A DNA stretch of 64,000 nt, taken from NCBI GenBank assembly GCA_964276515.1, contig OZ193909.1:5518001-5582000 (forward strand). Direction: 5' to 3'. The position numbers were made by a program, and so were the translations under genes. Position 1 is the first letter of the stretch. Every line of letters starts with the position of its first letter. Positions 12,706 to 24,767 of the stretch are shown piece by piece. This DNA comes from Gordius albopunctatus. Taxonomy: Eukaryota. The notes beneath the pieces are model-generated. The model did no database searches. It was given only the letters and a program-made list of their open reading frames with translations, and had not been told where the DNA came from.

Positions 12706-14450
12706 GAGACAACATGTTAGGACGGCAGCGGCGACCCTCGGCAGTGGTGTAAACCCGCCGAGCATTGACGGTGGACGGAGTGCACCAACGTGGTTGAACA
12801 ATTATATTCAAATCGCTAGGAGCATCGCCACCAACTCCATCTCCGTCGATGATGGTCCGGACGAGGGGTTACCATCTTTAGAACACCCCTCTGCGTCGCT
12901 GCCCTAACATTCTGATGTGCCGGAACATCTAAATGGCCCCCTTATCGATGTCGGATTAGATGGCGAGCCGACAACCCTTATCCACGAGCCCTCAGATATG
13001 CCCAATTTTCCAGCATTTTGGGATATATCTCACGGCAATCGTGTCCCCTTCCCCCTCCCCCTAGATTTATATACTACAATCCTTCGTCCTCATCATTCCC
13101 AATCCCCCTTTACCAACCATATTGCCAAGCATGGTTTCAAACCTAAAATATCACGAAAGGCTTTATCTTCTAACAATTGGTTATATTTCACCCCTAGACA
13201 TGTGCTAGCCATACCCCGATGTCATAAAGATTTGGTAGCTCAGATTACCAACTCGCACATTGTTAGAAAAAACGCAAGAACCATCCTCTCCCCCATGTAC
13301 TTTATTCCCAAATCTGATGGTTCACCAAGAATGATCGCGGACCTCTCCGTTATTTCCAAATATTTTATCAATTACCCGTTTTCATTAAAATCAATCCCAC
13401 TTATCGCAAGACCCTTAGCGGAAGCCTCGTTTACCTGCAAAATTGACATGAAAAGTGCTTTCTTTTCCATTCCTGGACCTATGCGCCAAATCCATCCATA
13501 CTGCTAAATACAATGTATATCTTGACGATATACTCATCTATGGTAATAACTACGCGGACGTCAAAAAAGCTACAAAATCTTTTACTAAACTAGCAAAAAG
13601 ATGGAATTTAAGCATCAACATATTGAAATCACAAACCACACCCCAAACCATGCTCAATTATCTAGGCATATTTATTAATTTAAGTAATCACACCTTGTCG
13701 ATCAACAAGAAATTTCTAAGAAAGATTGACGCGGCCCTAGTAATCATTGACCACTTCATCATTAATCAACAAAAACCACACCCCCTCGTAGCACAAACTT
13801 GTTTGGTGATTCTAACACATTATACTTATATGGTGACGGGCTGGACAAAATTCTTGTCCCCAGCATACAATATTCTATTAGGAACAACCAATATCCCGTT
13901 CAACACACACTTACTCGTCCGAAAGACTATCGCCCTGAAATCCTTATTAGGAAAACCGCTCCCCATGGTCACTAATTACGATAATTCAGCATATGGAGAT
14001 GCTTCCACTTCACACATAGGAATTTATTTCATGGCAGAATTCATGTCTATAAAGACAGCGGACGCCCTTGCAATGTTTAAATGCGAAAACTACATACCAA
14101 CCATCAATCTGCTAGAACTACTAGCAATACCGCTCGCATATGCAAGAGTCTTAGGCGAATATCCCAACATGACACCGGCTATCTACACGGACTCCAAAAC
14201 AGCTTTTTATATTTTCAAAAAAGGATCAGCACACGCCCCTCACTTAGAAGGAGCCTTTTCAAAGATCATCCTGAGCATAGGGTTAGATCACGTTCTCAGG
14301 ATAAAAAACGGTCTCAAATGGGTATCCACGGACCAAAACATGGCTGACCTACCATCAAGGGAGTTCTTCAACGACCAATACATGGTAGACCTAATCAGCA
14401 CATTCATCACCCCACCGAAAAACCTGCCTAACGAAGATTGCACTATATAA
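12605..14450 (+). pseudogene. Polymerase of element A: RT + RNase H, disrupted
   Basis: 12605-12907 and 12917-13507 share a frame with one stop between. RT motifs SPMYFIPKSDGSPRMIADL, KIDMKSAFFSIP, YLDDILI, KS..PQ..LNYLG. RNase H motifs GDAS, INLLELLA, YTDS, WVSTDQNMADLPSR. A frameshifting deletion near 13472 removes the LPMG motif. Confidence 0.88.
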
Positions 14451-14482
14451 ATGAAAAATTCGCACCAGAACTACAACCAGTT
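14444..14482 (+). promoter_or_regulatory. Candidate TATA box and initiator-like site upstream of the 3' repeat
   Basis: TATATAAA at 14444-14451 overlaps the pol stop; CCAGTT lies about 33 nt downstream. Element B has the same arrangement. Confidence 0.45.
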
Positions 14483-14496
14483 TGCTTTTGCTTAGA

Positions 14497-14607
14497 CACC
14501 GTAAAAGATCATAATTTTCTTACTATATTTCACCACCTATATTTTTATGAATATTCTTGTGTTTTCGCTTGCCTTACCCGTCGTAACGTGTCTTCACCTA
14601 AATTTTT
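14497..14607 (+). repeat. 3' terminal direct repeat of element A
   Basis: Second copy of 11854-11964. Confidence 0.95.
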
Positions 14608-14669
14608 CATTTATATCGCGAACGTTTATATATACGATTTATTATAAATACGCGTTCATAAAATAAAAT

Positions 14670-15390
14670 AAATTGGAGATGGCGAAACCGTTGGCGTAAC
14701 CATCCCCAGGGAGGACCGGTCAGCGAGAAGAAAACGGTTTACATGCAAACCATGGGCGGTAGTCCGCAAATGCACAAAAATGACGGTTCAAGGTACACGG
14801 AGGTTGATAAGTTCACATATCTTGGCTCGCTATTACATCAAGAGGGAGGATGTACCGCCGAAGTCCATTCTCGGATCAAGAAAGCATAGCTCAAGTGGCG
14901 CAGCCTCTCCGGTGTCATGTGTGACAAAAAGATACCAATTTGGTTGAAAAGCAAGGCGTACAAAACCATCGTGCGACCGGTCTTGCTTTACGGGAGCGAA
15001 ACATGGGCTGTAACCACCGCGGAGGAGAAACTCTTGCAAGTCACCGAAATGAGAATGGTGCGATGGAGCATAGGCTACACCAAGCTGGATCGCATGACGA
15101 ACGAATCCTTGATGACGAAGATGGGTATACAAGCGACGAAGGACTTCTTAAGAGAAAATCGACTGCGGTGGTACGGCGATGTATTACGAAGAGACGAAGA
15201 CGATGTCACACGCCGAACGCTGGAAATGGACGTGCCTGGAATAAGAGGAAGGGGCAGACCACGTGCCACCTGGAAACGACTGGTCGAAAAGGATATGGAC
15301 GTCAAGCAGATGGAAATTGGGATGGCATTCACACGACTCAGATGGAAGAGGCTGCTGTGGGATTTTCAACACGATAAAGAAGAAGAAGAA
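14670..15390 (+). mobile_element. RTE-clade LINE 3' fragment
   Basis: FTYLGS, CDKKIP..LK.K.Y.TIVRPVLLYGSETW, RLRWYG.V.R, GRGRPR.TW; ends in a (GAA)n tail. Confidence 0.9.
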
Positions 15391-15395
15391 TATAT

Positions 15396-16010
15396 AGTTA
15401 TTGTTCATACCATTGATAATGTGACTTTTTGGTCGTCCGCTGGCTACTGACCACTGGAAAAAAATGAGCATTGGCCAAAGTGTGAATCGAAATTTTTTTT
15501 CCGGTTTTTTTGACTCTTATGATTGTTCCTGTTAATACCATTGATAATATGGTTTATTGGCCGTCCGCTGGCTACTGACCAATGAAAAAAATGACCATTG
15601 GCCAAATAAATCGAAATTTTTCGTTTTTGAATAGGTTAACATTGATAAATTGCCCTATGCTCTCCACTACAAGTGCCTATGCTTCTACTGATATGTGTCC
15701 CTGTGCCCCTACAAAGGCTTATGCCTCTATTTAATGTGGGTTCGAATCCCGGCGAGGGCAATTTATTTTTAATTAAATGGAAAATTTGTATAAATAATTA
15801 ACTAATCATTTTGCATTTAATACCCCTCTATAGGCATTTTCGCCCCTTCCCACCTTTCTCGCCCACATTTTTTAATTAGATGGAAAATTTGTTTAAACAT
15901 TTTTCATATAACGCCCATAAATTGCATAGCAAATATGCTACGTTTATACGGAGTATAGATGAGTCGTCCCCCCTTCCCTTCCCCTTCCCACGAGGGCCGA
16001 AGGCCTGAGT
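15396..16010 (+). repeat. Interspersed repeat (Helentron/DINE-like), right part
   Basis: Continues the unit from 11350-11853. Contains gcccataaattgcatagcaa (~15913), the inverse of the left terminus motif, and a terminal hairpin ggccgaaggcc before a T-run. Confidence 0.6.
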
Positions 16011-17914
16011 TTTTTTGTTTAGATTTTATATTCATTTTTTTAGTTTTACCTCTTTACACTCTTAAAATTATTGATCATACATTGTTTGGCTTTGGCCTAA
16101 TTCGAATTATATTGACATGGTAATTCCATTTAAATAAGCGTTTTATTGAATTAAGTTTTACATTTTGCCTGATCTCTTGATACTTAATTAAATTTATATC
16201 TATCCATCTTAATCGGAGTGATATATGGGCAGCTTTAACATAACATAAAATCAATGGTTACGAGGTACTCGTTACATTTACCACACTTTAATGCTATTAA
16301 ATATATGGATTGATAATTTCCTTAATTTTAAATAAACGAAAATTGTTTGAAGTATAGGTATTTTCAAAATTCTGTATTCTATGTGAAGGTAACATTTTTT
16401 TCATCTAAATGATGCACCTAAAGTAAAAATAACCTTGTTATATATTATAAACTGCTTTGAATTCTGTAGATTTTATTTCATAATGCTTCAAATCGAATGA
16501 GACTAACTATAAAATTTATGAGAAACTCATCGTATTAAATATTTGTTAGTAATGTTTGGGCAATTCGAAGCCAACAAAATAATGCCAAGAAATTATAGTC
16601 TAGGGCTTTGCTCATTAATATTTGATTTTGAATAATTATACAACAGCTTTGCACAATTTTAAATCTCAACTTAAAGAAAATAAAAACTTTCATTTCATAA
16701 TTTCTATATAAATTAAATAATTTATTATTGCAATTACCAGAAATCTGTTATCAAGGATATAACGTTAAGCATCAACATATTTGCAGACTGTAAGCAATTT
16801 AGGAAAGGTTGCAAAAATAATTTAGATTTTTTTAAACAATTTAAAAACCGTGGTTTTTACTTATTTAAAACACTGATCGAACTAGAGTTAGGTTAGGAAA
16901 AAACCATAAATTGTTGTGATATTACACAATTTGCATAATATTAATGCTCGCGATTGTCGTGTTTAATGATCGAAGGTTCACATTTAAATGTAATGTATAG
17001 GTATCGTGTAAAAATTGTAAACGCGATGATTTAATAAGCATTGGATAAAAAGAGGGGCATATCTTTTAACTAAAAGAAAATCATTAAGACAAGCAAAATG
17101 TTGATAGTTTTTTAATTAAAATTAAGTTTTCTCTAAGCTCAGAAGATTGGATATATTTATTATATCCCTTCATATAGTTCTATTTTAAAGATTAATTAAG
17201 ACACGGAAAAGTGAAACCTTTCAGGTCAAAATTTGATCAATATCTAATAAAGAGAGGCTAAAATGCTGATACCTAACATATACAAACCATTTTTATAAAT
17301 AAAACCTTTATTAAGTATAATTAAGATCCAAAATTGAATTTTTGTTAAATTCTTAGACTACTCCCTAAACTAGCCCACCTTGAATGACACTCTAACCAAA
17401 TTTCATTTTAACAAATTAAATTCAACTAGACTCCACCCTATTTTTTAAAATAAAACACTTTCTTTTTTGAACCACGTATTACCTAAACGTGAAAATTACA
17501 TGGCAGAGTCATGCAAAAAAATTTTTTTCTACCAACACATGACGCGTTCTAAATTTATTTGTCACTTTAACCCGAATCCTACTCGATATAAAATTTTAAC
17601 GTCAGGTCCGGCTCCGGGTCCTGTGCAGAACTGAGATAACTGCCTGTCCCTAGCTAGCAGCCACACCACACGAAATGACACAGTAAAAGTGCCTGAAACC
17701 TTAATTCTTATATAGGCACAAATGGCTTTAAACTAAAAATTGAATGTAGATTTAATCTTTAAAATCCCAAACATTATTCCTGCTAATATAAAATTTAATT
17801 AGTGTAAGGAAGGGGGGAGGGGGAGGATTGGGGGTTGGCCTACCGGATAGTCAAAACGTATTTTAAACATCCTTGGCTTAGCAGTTTCTTCCTTGATGAA
17901 CTATGGCTCCTGCA

Positions 17915-18269
17915 TAGAGCTCCACGGGCCGTTCGTAGCCATCGAGCCGCACCGGGCTCGGGTCAAGAATTAAAATTTATTCGGGCCCCCACCCGAGGTC
18001 CGGTCTGAGAAAAAATAAAGATCAAAGATTTTTTAAAACGTTTTTCTAATTCTTTTGTTTAGTTGGCTATTTAAAGAAGATAAAATATTTTTATTTTAAA
18101 TAAAAGGTACGGGTGGGTATTCTGAATAAATTTTTTAAAATAAATTTACATTTCTAAAAAGTCGGCTTCGGACTCGGGGCCCGAGTAAAAAAAATTGGGC
18201 TCGGGTCGGGCTCGGGCAAAATAAAATAAAAAGTGTCGCACTCGAGAAATTCAATTTTGCAGGGCTCTA
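17915..18269. mobile_element. hAT-like MITE
   Basis: Ends TAGAGC..GCTCTA; TSD CTCCTGCA/CTCTTGCA; CTCGGG subterminal repeats. Confidence 0.75.
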
Positions 18270-19334
18270 CTCTTGCAGAGCTCTTTTCATATATAGCAAG
18301 GAAAATTAGTGTTTTATTGTTTTTATTAAATAATGTATTGTTTGGTATATAATACCGTGAATTTAAGTCGCTAATTTAATATTTTTACAAATTATTTTTG
18401 CATAATAAAAATAAGCTTTAATCGAACACTCATTTAATATTTTTTAATCAAGTTAAAATGTTTACAATATTATCATTTTTATTATGACCCATTTTTTATA
18501 GTTTTTATACATTTTTAGGCTTAATATCTTACCATTTATTGTTTGTTAATAATATGGTTATTGCCATAAAAAACAAGCATTTTTAATTAAATAAATAAAT
18601 TTGCTGAGCTTGGGAAATAACTTTTATGGTGTGCTCTAGGCCTTCTAATTTATATCATTCATTTTTTCCGGTGTAGGATTCAACGATTCTGTATTTGAAC
18701 AAAAATACATTTATAAAGTATTTAATCTTTTTAAAGCTTTTTTTTTTTATAAATTTGGCCTAAGAACTTATTAAACTTTAAGGATTTATTTGCTAAACAA
18801 GTACTTTGACAAATTTTAAAATCAAATTAATCTATTTTATGTTTTGTTATATATAGATTTAATATTAACGAAATTACTAAACTTTATAAAAATTAACAAT
18901 GCAAGAAACCAAATCCAATTAGAATTTATATTGCAAATTAACTATATTGCACGTGCATCTAAAAAGCAATAGGTTATATTACAACATTAATATTAATTTA
19001 GCGATGCTGTATGTCCGTGAAAATTATTAGTTAAGCCGCAACAAAATATTACATTTAAATTGCTTGTAAATTAGAAATTGATGTTGTCCCTAAATCACTT
19101 AGGCAACTTTTATTAATGTATTTAAATTTATTAGTTATTTAGGCTTTATAACTTTTAGCATGTATAACTAAAATCGCCTAAGCATACCTAGCGGGATTTT
19201 AATGGCAAGGCAACCTTAAACATTTTTTTTATCATTGTCACTAATTTAAAATTGATGCTAATCCAAACAAAACAATATTTTTGAATTTGTGATTTATTAA
19301 AATTAAATCTCGAACTAGTATGTTTTTTTTAATA

Positions 19335-19525
19335 AAATTTTTTATTAAATGAAACTATAAACAACTAAAAAAGTCATATGCGAGGTAAACATTCGAAAAT
19401 TGCGATAGCGTTGAAATGACAAATAATGATTCCGATTTTCTGTTTGATGGAAAAAGTTTCCCTGTTGTCAAGGATATTGGCTGCTATACGGCGTGCCAAT
19501 TCTTTCGGAAGGGCTGGGGTTTTGT
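19335..19525 (-). mobile_element. Short 3' end of a second CRE family
   Basis: Reverse-complement match to 22560-22750, including the poly(A) end. Confidence 0.75.
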
Positions 19526-19934
19526 TGAAAATATTTAATATATTTTAAAGTTAATTATTTTCTCAGTTTTGTTGTTGCTGAAAATTCATCACAAGCAATT
19601 CAGCCGCATTTAAATAAATTTATCATTCGCGCTAGAGAGGATAGTAATATATATTTTTTTATGAGAAAGGTGTTTAAGAACTAAATCTTAAAATAACTTG
19701 ATTATAAATTTGCATTTTACAATTATATTCATAGTCAGTATTTTAGCGTTAAAGTGATTTTTTTTGCGAATTCTGTCTCGAATCCCGATAAAGTATTGAT
19801 GGTCATTTATATAAATATTGTAGTTATTAGGATGAATATTTTTCCGGGAAATTTGCTTAAGGGAAAATTCCCGGGAAAAACGGGAAATAACGGGAATTAA
19901 CGGGGGAAAAACAAGAAATTAAGGAGAAAAAACG

Positions 19935-20813
19935 AAATACAATAACATGGGTGAGTACGCACAAGTTCATGTTTTCATTGAAATTATTATTATCAATGTT
20001 AGCGTTGTGCTATATCTCTAGTAGTGATGGGGAAATAGCGTTTTTAAGGAGCTAAAGCTATAGCACATAGCAACCATATCCCGCTATATCTACTAGCACA
20101 TAGTCACTTTAAGTGCTATAAGCTATAGGAGATGGGAGGTTTGAGGCGCTAAAGCTATAGCCGATAGCCCTTAAATGCGCTAGAGCTATAACACGGCGCT
20201 AACATTGAGAATAATTTTTTTAATTGTTTATTAGATATTAAAATACAATAACATGAGTGAGTACGCACAAGTTCATATTATACTCTATTGTTTTCATTGA
20301 AATTATTATTATTAATGTTAGCGCCGTGCTATAGCTCTAGCGCATTTGAGTGTTATCGGCTATAGCTTTAGCGCCTCAAACCTCCCATCTCCTATAGCTC
20401 ATAGCACCTCAAATCTCCCATCTCCCATAGCTTTAGCGCCTCAAACCTCCAATCACATATAGCTTATAGCACTTAAAGTGACTATGTGCTAGTAGACTTA
20501 GCGTATTTAATAGGCTATTCCCATCAGCGGGGAGGTGCTAAGCCCGCTAGTGCTAAGCGTTTCCCCATCACTAAATTCTAGCGCATTTAAGTGCTATCGG
20601 CTATAGCTTTAGCGCCTCAAACTTCCCATCTCCTATAGCTTATAGCATCTAAACTTCCCATCTCCCATAGCTTTAGCGCCTCAAACCTCCCATCTCCTAT
20701 AGCTTATAGCACTTAAAGTGACTATGTGCTATTAGACATAGCGTATTTGATAGGATATTCCCATCAGCGGGGAGATGCTAAGCGCGCTAGTGCTCAGCGT
20801 CTTCTCATCACTA
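19935..20813. mobile_element. TAGTGATG-ended hAT-like MITE (20022-20573) nested in a partial copy of itself
   Basis: TIR tagtgatggggaaa/tttccccatcacta; GCTATAG subterminal repeats; degenerate TSD atctctag/aattctag; outer right end at 20813. Confidence 0.7.
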
Positions 20814-20857
20814 GCTGAGACTAACAACATGGCACCTGAGGAAGATTCATTATCTGT

Positions 20858-21253
20858 TCAATCACAGATCTGTTCAAGAGTTGAAATAATTGAATCTTTA
20901 AGTTCAAATAATTGTATAATAGCATCGTGTTTCTGAACCCATCCAGAAGATTGAGGTTTTGATTTTAAGCTGCAATTAATATCTTTTTCGTTAGTTATTT
21001 TTTTGACGCAGAAGTCAAGCATAGTACCCTTTCTTTTATTCATATTATTAGAGGAATTCATAAAAGATGGCGGAAACTTTTTTATAACCACAAGGAAAAT
21101 TTTGTACATTTAAGCGGAAAAAACCCGTGTTATTACAAGCTTATTTAAATAATTGCATGGCACTAATTTTGAAATATTTATTATGTAAAGCAAAATAATT
21201 TTTTTAGCCGCGGGGAGGGTTTCAACCCCCCCCCCCCCTTATCTACGCCACTG
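20858..21253 (-). mobile_element. Deleted hAT derivative with transposase remnants
   Basis: CAGTGGCGTAG-type end at 21253; peptide WVQKHDAIIQLFELKDSIISTLEQI resembles the hAT 'RW.E.HDA' region. Confidence 0.5.
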
Positions 21254-21306
21254 CGTTCATGCTTAATTATTATAAATGATTAAAATAACTTACTAACAAA
21301 GCTTCT

Positions 21307-21456
21307 ATGGGCGTAGCCAGGGGGGGTTGCAGAAATAAGCGGCTGCCCCCCCTCCCCTCTAAATGCAAAAATATGTTGAAATTTATTAAAATTATGGCTA
21401 AATTTCAAAAAATATTATTTTTGCCCCCTCTAATTCTAATTCTGGCCACGCCCTTG
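21307..21456. mobile_element. CATGGGCGTAGCC-family MITE
   Basis: TIR-like ends tatgggcgtagccag / ctggccacgcccttg; approximate 8-bp TSD. Confidence 0.65.
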
Positions 21457-22003
21457 GAAGCCTCTCATGAAACACAAATTTTTAGATTTGAGTTGTGATC
21501 TCTAAACTCTATTGCGAACCATAAAGATAAATATTCTGTGAAATTATTTGTTATTGATACTTTAAAACTATTCAAATTTTATAAATCAATTTATAGCTCT
21601 TAACGGATTTTATTGAAAAGGAAGGAGGAACAATAGCACGCCCCTAGGACTAAAATTATGAGGCAAATTTGTATTAATTTGCTCATAACCTTTTAAAATT
21701 TTGCCATCAAAACCCCAAACCTTTTTTTAATGTTGGAATTTGTAACAGAACCGGGATCTTTTCTTTGCGGAAAGTTTTTTGACACTAGGTTACCATTAAT
21801 TATTCAATGTCTTGGATTGTAGAATTTTACGAAGAACATTTTTTGTACAAATGAGATTAATAAAACAACATATTTGAAACTATCATATAAATAAGCTGAC
21901 AATTTATGCTAATTTATGATTTCGAACAAGCTAGAACTCATAATTTACCAAACAATTACTGGTTTTAGTGATGCCTTTAAAGGCAAAACGGGATAGTGGT
22001 CTC

Positions 22004-22168
22004 CATGGGCGTAGTCAGGATTGGATTTAGAGGGGGGCAATAATGGTTTAAGGAGGGGCAAAATGATCTTTTTTAAAATTTTAGCCATAATTATATTAAA
22101 TTTTAAAGTATTTTTAGATTTAGAGGGAGGCAGCCACCCCACCCTGCCACCCCCTAGCTACACCCATG
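22004..22168. mobile_element. CATGGGCGTAGCC-family MITE
   Basis: TIRs plus TSD GTGGTCTC/GTAGTCTC. Confidence 0.8.
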
Positions 22169-22309
22169 GTAGTCTCTCGATTTATTATGTCCAGCCAGCT
22201 TATTGACTAACTCCTCTTTGAAGGCTAAGTCCTCTCGAGCTAGGGGTTTTAAAATTGTTAATAAGTAAGATGCTTTAATGGTAAGTCATAGTTGAAAGGA
22301 AATTTATAT

Positions 22310-22750
22310 TTTAACAATTGGAGCCTAATGGTATTTCCCTTAGCGACAAGAAGAGACCTAATGGACAGACCCTCATCCTATGGGCAAAAGGGCTATGCCT
22401 AGCTTGAGACTACACTCGTCCGGATGCCTTTGCTCCCTCAAACCAAAACAAAGACCCCCTTGTTCATTCTGAAAGATTAAAGTCCGCTAAATACGCAGAA
22501 CTTAATTCCTCACTGCTTTCCTCCCCTATAGTGACCACTACCCTCACAACAATAGGTCCTAAAACCCAAGCTCTTCTGAAAGAATTGGGACGCCGTATAG
22601 CTGTCAATACCCTTGACAATAGGCAAACTTTTTTCATCAAACAGAAAATCGGAATCATTATTTGTCTTTTCAACGCTATCGCAATTTTCGTATGTTTACC
22701 TCGCATATGATTTCTATAGTTGTTTATAGTTTCATTTAATAAAAAAAAAA
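22310..22750 (+). mobile_element. CRE-clade LINE 3' fragment (RLE domain), second family
   Basis: Hand translation LEP..RPNG.TLILW.KG..L.*DYT.PD.FAPSN..SE..K..KY; ends aataaaaaaaaaa. Confidence 0.8.
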
Positions 22751-24767
22751 TAGGATTAAAAAAATATTATTCTTATAAATTAGTCCTTTTTATCGCTTTT
22801 CATGATCTACAATTCGGACTTTCCCATACACTAAAACTTACATGAACGTGGACTCATTAATAATAAATTAATCAATTTTTTAATTAAAATATACATTATT
22901 AATGGAACATCTTGTAAAATCAATGATAATACAAATCTCAATATAAAGTGATAAATCTCAATATTGAGTTGATAAAAAAAACTTTTAATATTATGAATTT
23001 AATTATAAGCAGAAATGCATATTTTGCAAATTTAAAACAATTCTACAATTTAATAATTTTATAAAAATCACGTGATATCTATACATGCAATTTGGAATTT
23101 TATCCAATCTTATGCTATATGATCCATTGTTATAAAGATATAATAAACGATATTACAATTTACAAAGTGTTGTAATAATAACTAAGTAATTTTTTTTAAT
23201 TTATTTGTGGGCAGATATTTCAAATGAATTATACTATTAGTTTGATCACAAATAATATGCACTAAATGGCTCTAGATTGTTTTGATTAAAAATTCTTTAA
23301 TTCTAACCATGGGTGTAGCCCGAGGGTGGCAGGGAGGAGCGGCTGCCCCCTATAGGAGCCAGAAATTCTTAAAAATTGAATCTAATTATGACTTAAGTTT
23401 CGAAAAAATAGTATTTTGCCCCTTCATGATTCGAATTAATATATTTATCATTAAAAGTCGAAATAAATATTGAAGATTTATGCCTGATAAAGGCTTTGAT
23501 TTAGTAAAAATTGTTGCTATTTTTTAATTTAACTATGCCCGTGAAGAGGCAATCATTAACAAATACGAATCATATCGTGTCAATACTTATATAAAATTTA
23601 TTAAAGGCGCACGATTCGGCTATAAAAAGTCACAAGTTATTAAGGTAATGGCTTTTTAATAATGAATGTTGACAAGGATGTTAATTCAATAAATTTATTA
23701 AAACCATTCATTGAGGTGTAGACTTTGTATTTGTACGTCAAGCTAGAGTGTTAAAAATGCAATTAATTTTTTTCGATTTGTAAAGCAACCTTCAAAACCG
23801 CGCTCTAAAACCATTTTAAGTTTACTTTAAAATTGCGCTGACGTGTTTAATTAAATTAGTAAGATCTTAAACGACTTCAAATTCAATTGCACAACTCTTA
23901 TGTATACAACATGTTACGATTTTTTAATTGATTTCTCGCTTGTCCGAAAAAGTTATTTAACACTAATATTTTTACAAAACCAAGTAATATTAAACTAATA
24001 TTATTAATGCATCACGTACTTTAGGCGGGCCTACTATAAATTCCAACCTCTTCTTAAAAATTGAATATCATTAAAACACCAATGTTCGCTATTACACATT
24101 TAAAATCGAATTTTTAATCATTTGGAAAAATATATTACAGAGAAACGGACGTAAAAAGTTCAAATTAAAATTATGACGGGTTGAATCCGTTGGTAGAAAA
24201 ATGCACACACAGTAAAAGAGTTTAATTTATTGCCTACTTGCCTGAAATCATTATATAAAAAAAACATGGTACCCGGAAATGATTTAAATTGGATATTTTA
24301 ATAAGGCCCGCTCGTCCGTATCCCTTTAGATAAATATGGCCTGCTCTAAGGCTGAAACCGATTAATTAAAATTCCGTATAGCGAATAATCTTTTTCCCAG
24401 CTGGTGATGGTAGATCTTCAAAGAATTGCTTTGTGTAATTTTGATTGCAAAATTTTGGTAAATATATTAAAATGCATTCACAACGTTTTACTGGTGTGCC
24501 CAGTTTGTGGGCAAATGTAGCAAAAAAGGCTAATCCGGACACATCAATTAAGCTGACCTGCCTCCTTAATAAAAAGATTATCTCAACTCGTATATTTAGC
24601 CGTATCGCACGGCCTGGTTTAAAATTTGCACAATATTAGGATTTAATTTAATCTCGTGTTTTAATATAATTTATAGTCTTTCTCCTAAATATTCATTTAA
24701 AGATCAGTCATAACCGTTTCCAAGCTGTATTTCTTGGTATAAGGTTAACAACACTACAGTCATGCTC

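Larger units (their letters stand above)
11854..14607 (+). mobile_element. Integrase-less DIRS/hepadnavirus-like retroelement with 111-bp terminal direct repeats (element A)
   Basis: Direct repeats enclose a uORF, ORF1 and an RT-RNase H ORF. No integrase, YR, protease or TG..CA LTR ends. Visibly more GC-rich than the flanks. Confidence 0.85.

Noticed and set aside
12845..12960. Resemblance of DDGPDEGLPSL..VPEHLNGPLIDVGL to the HBV terminal-protein N-terminus
   Set aside because: Low-complexity, by-eye similarity without the W.HK.G..GLY priming motif. Not claimed as homology.
11854..14607. Conventional LTR retrotransposon (Gypsy/Copia/BEL) or TRIM
   Set aside because: The repeats lack TG..CA ends, I see no PBS, PPT, protease or integrase, and the RT/RNase H motifs are DIRS/hepadna-type.
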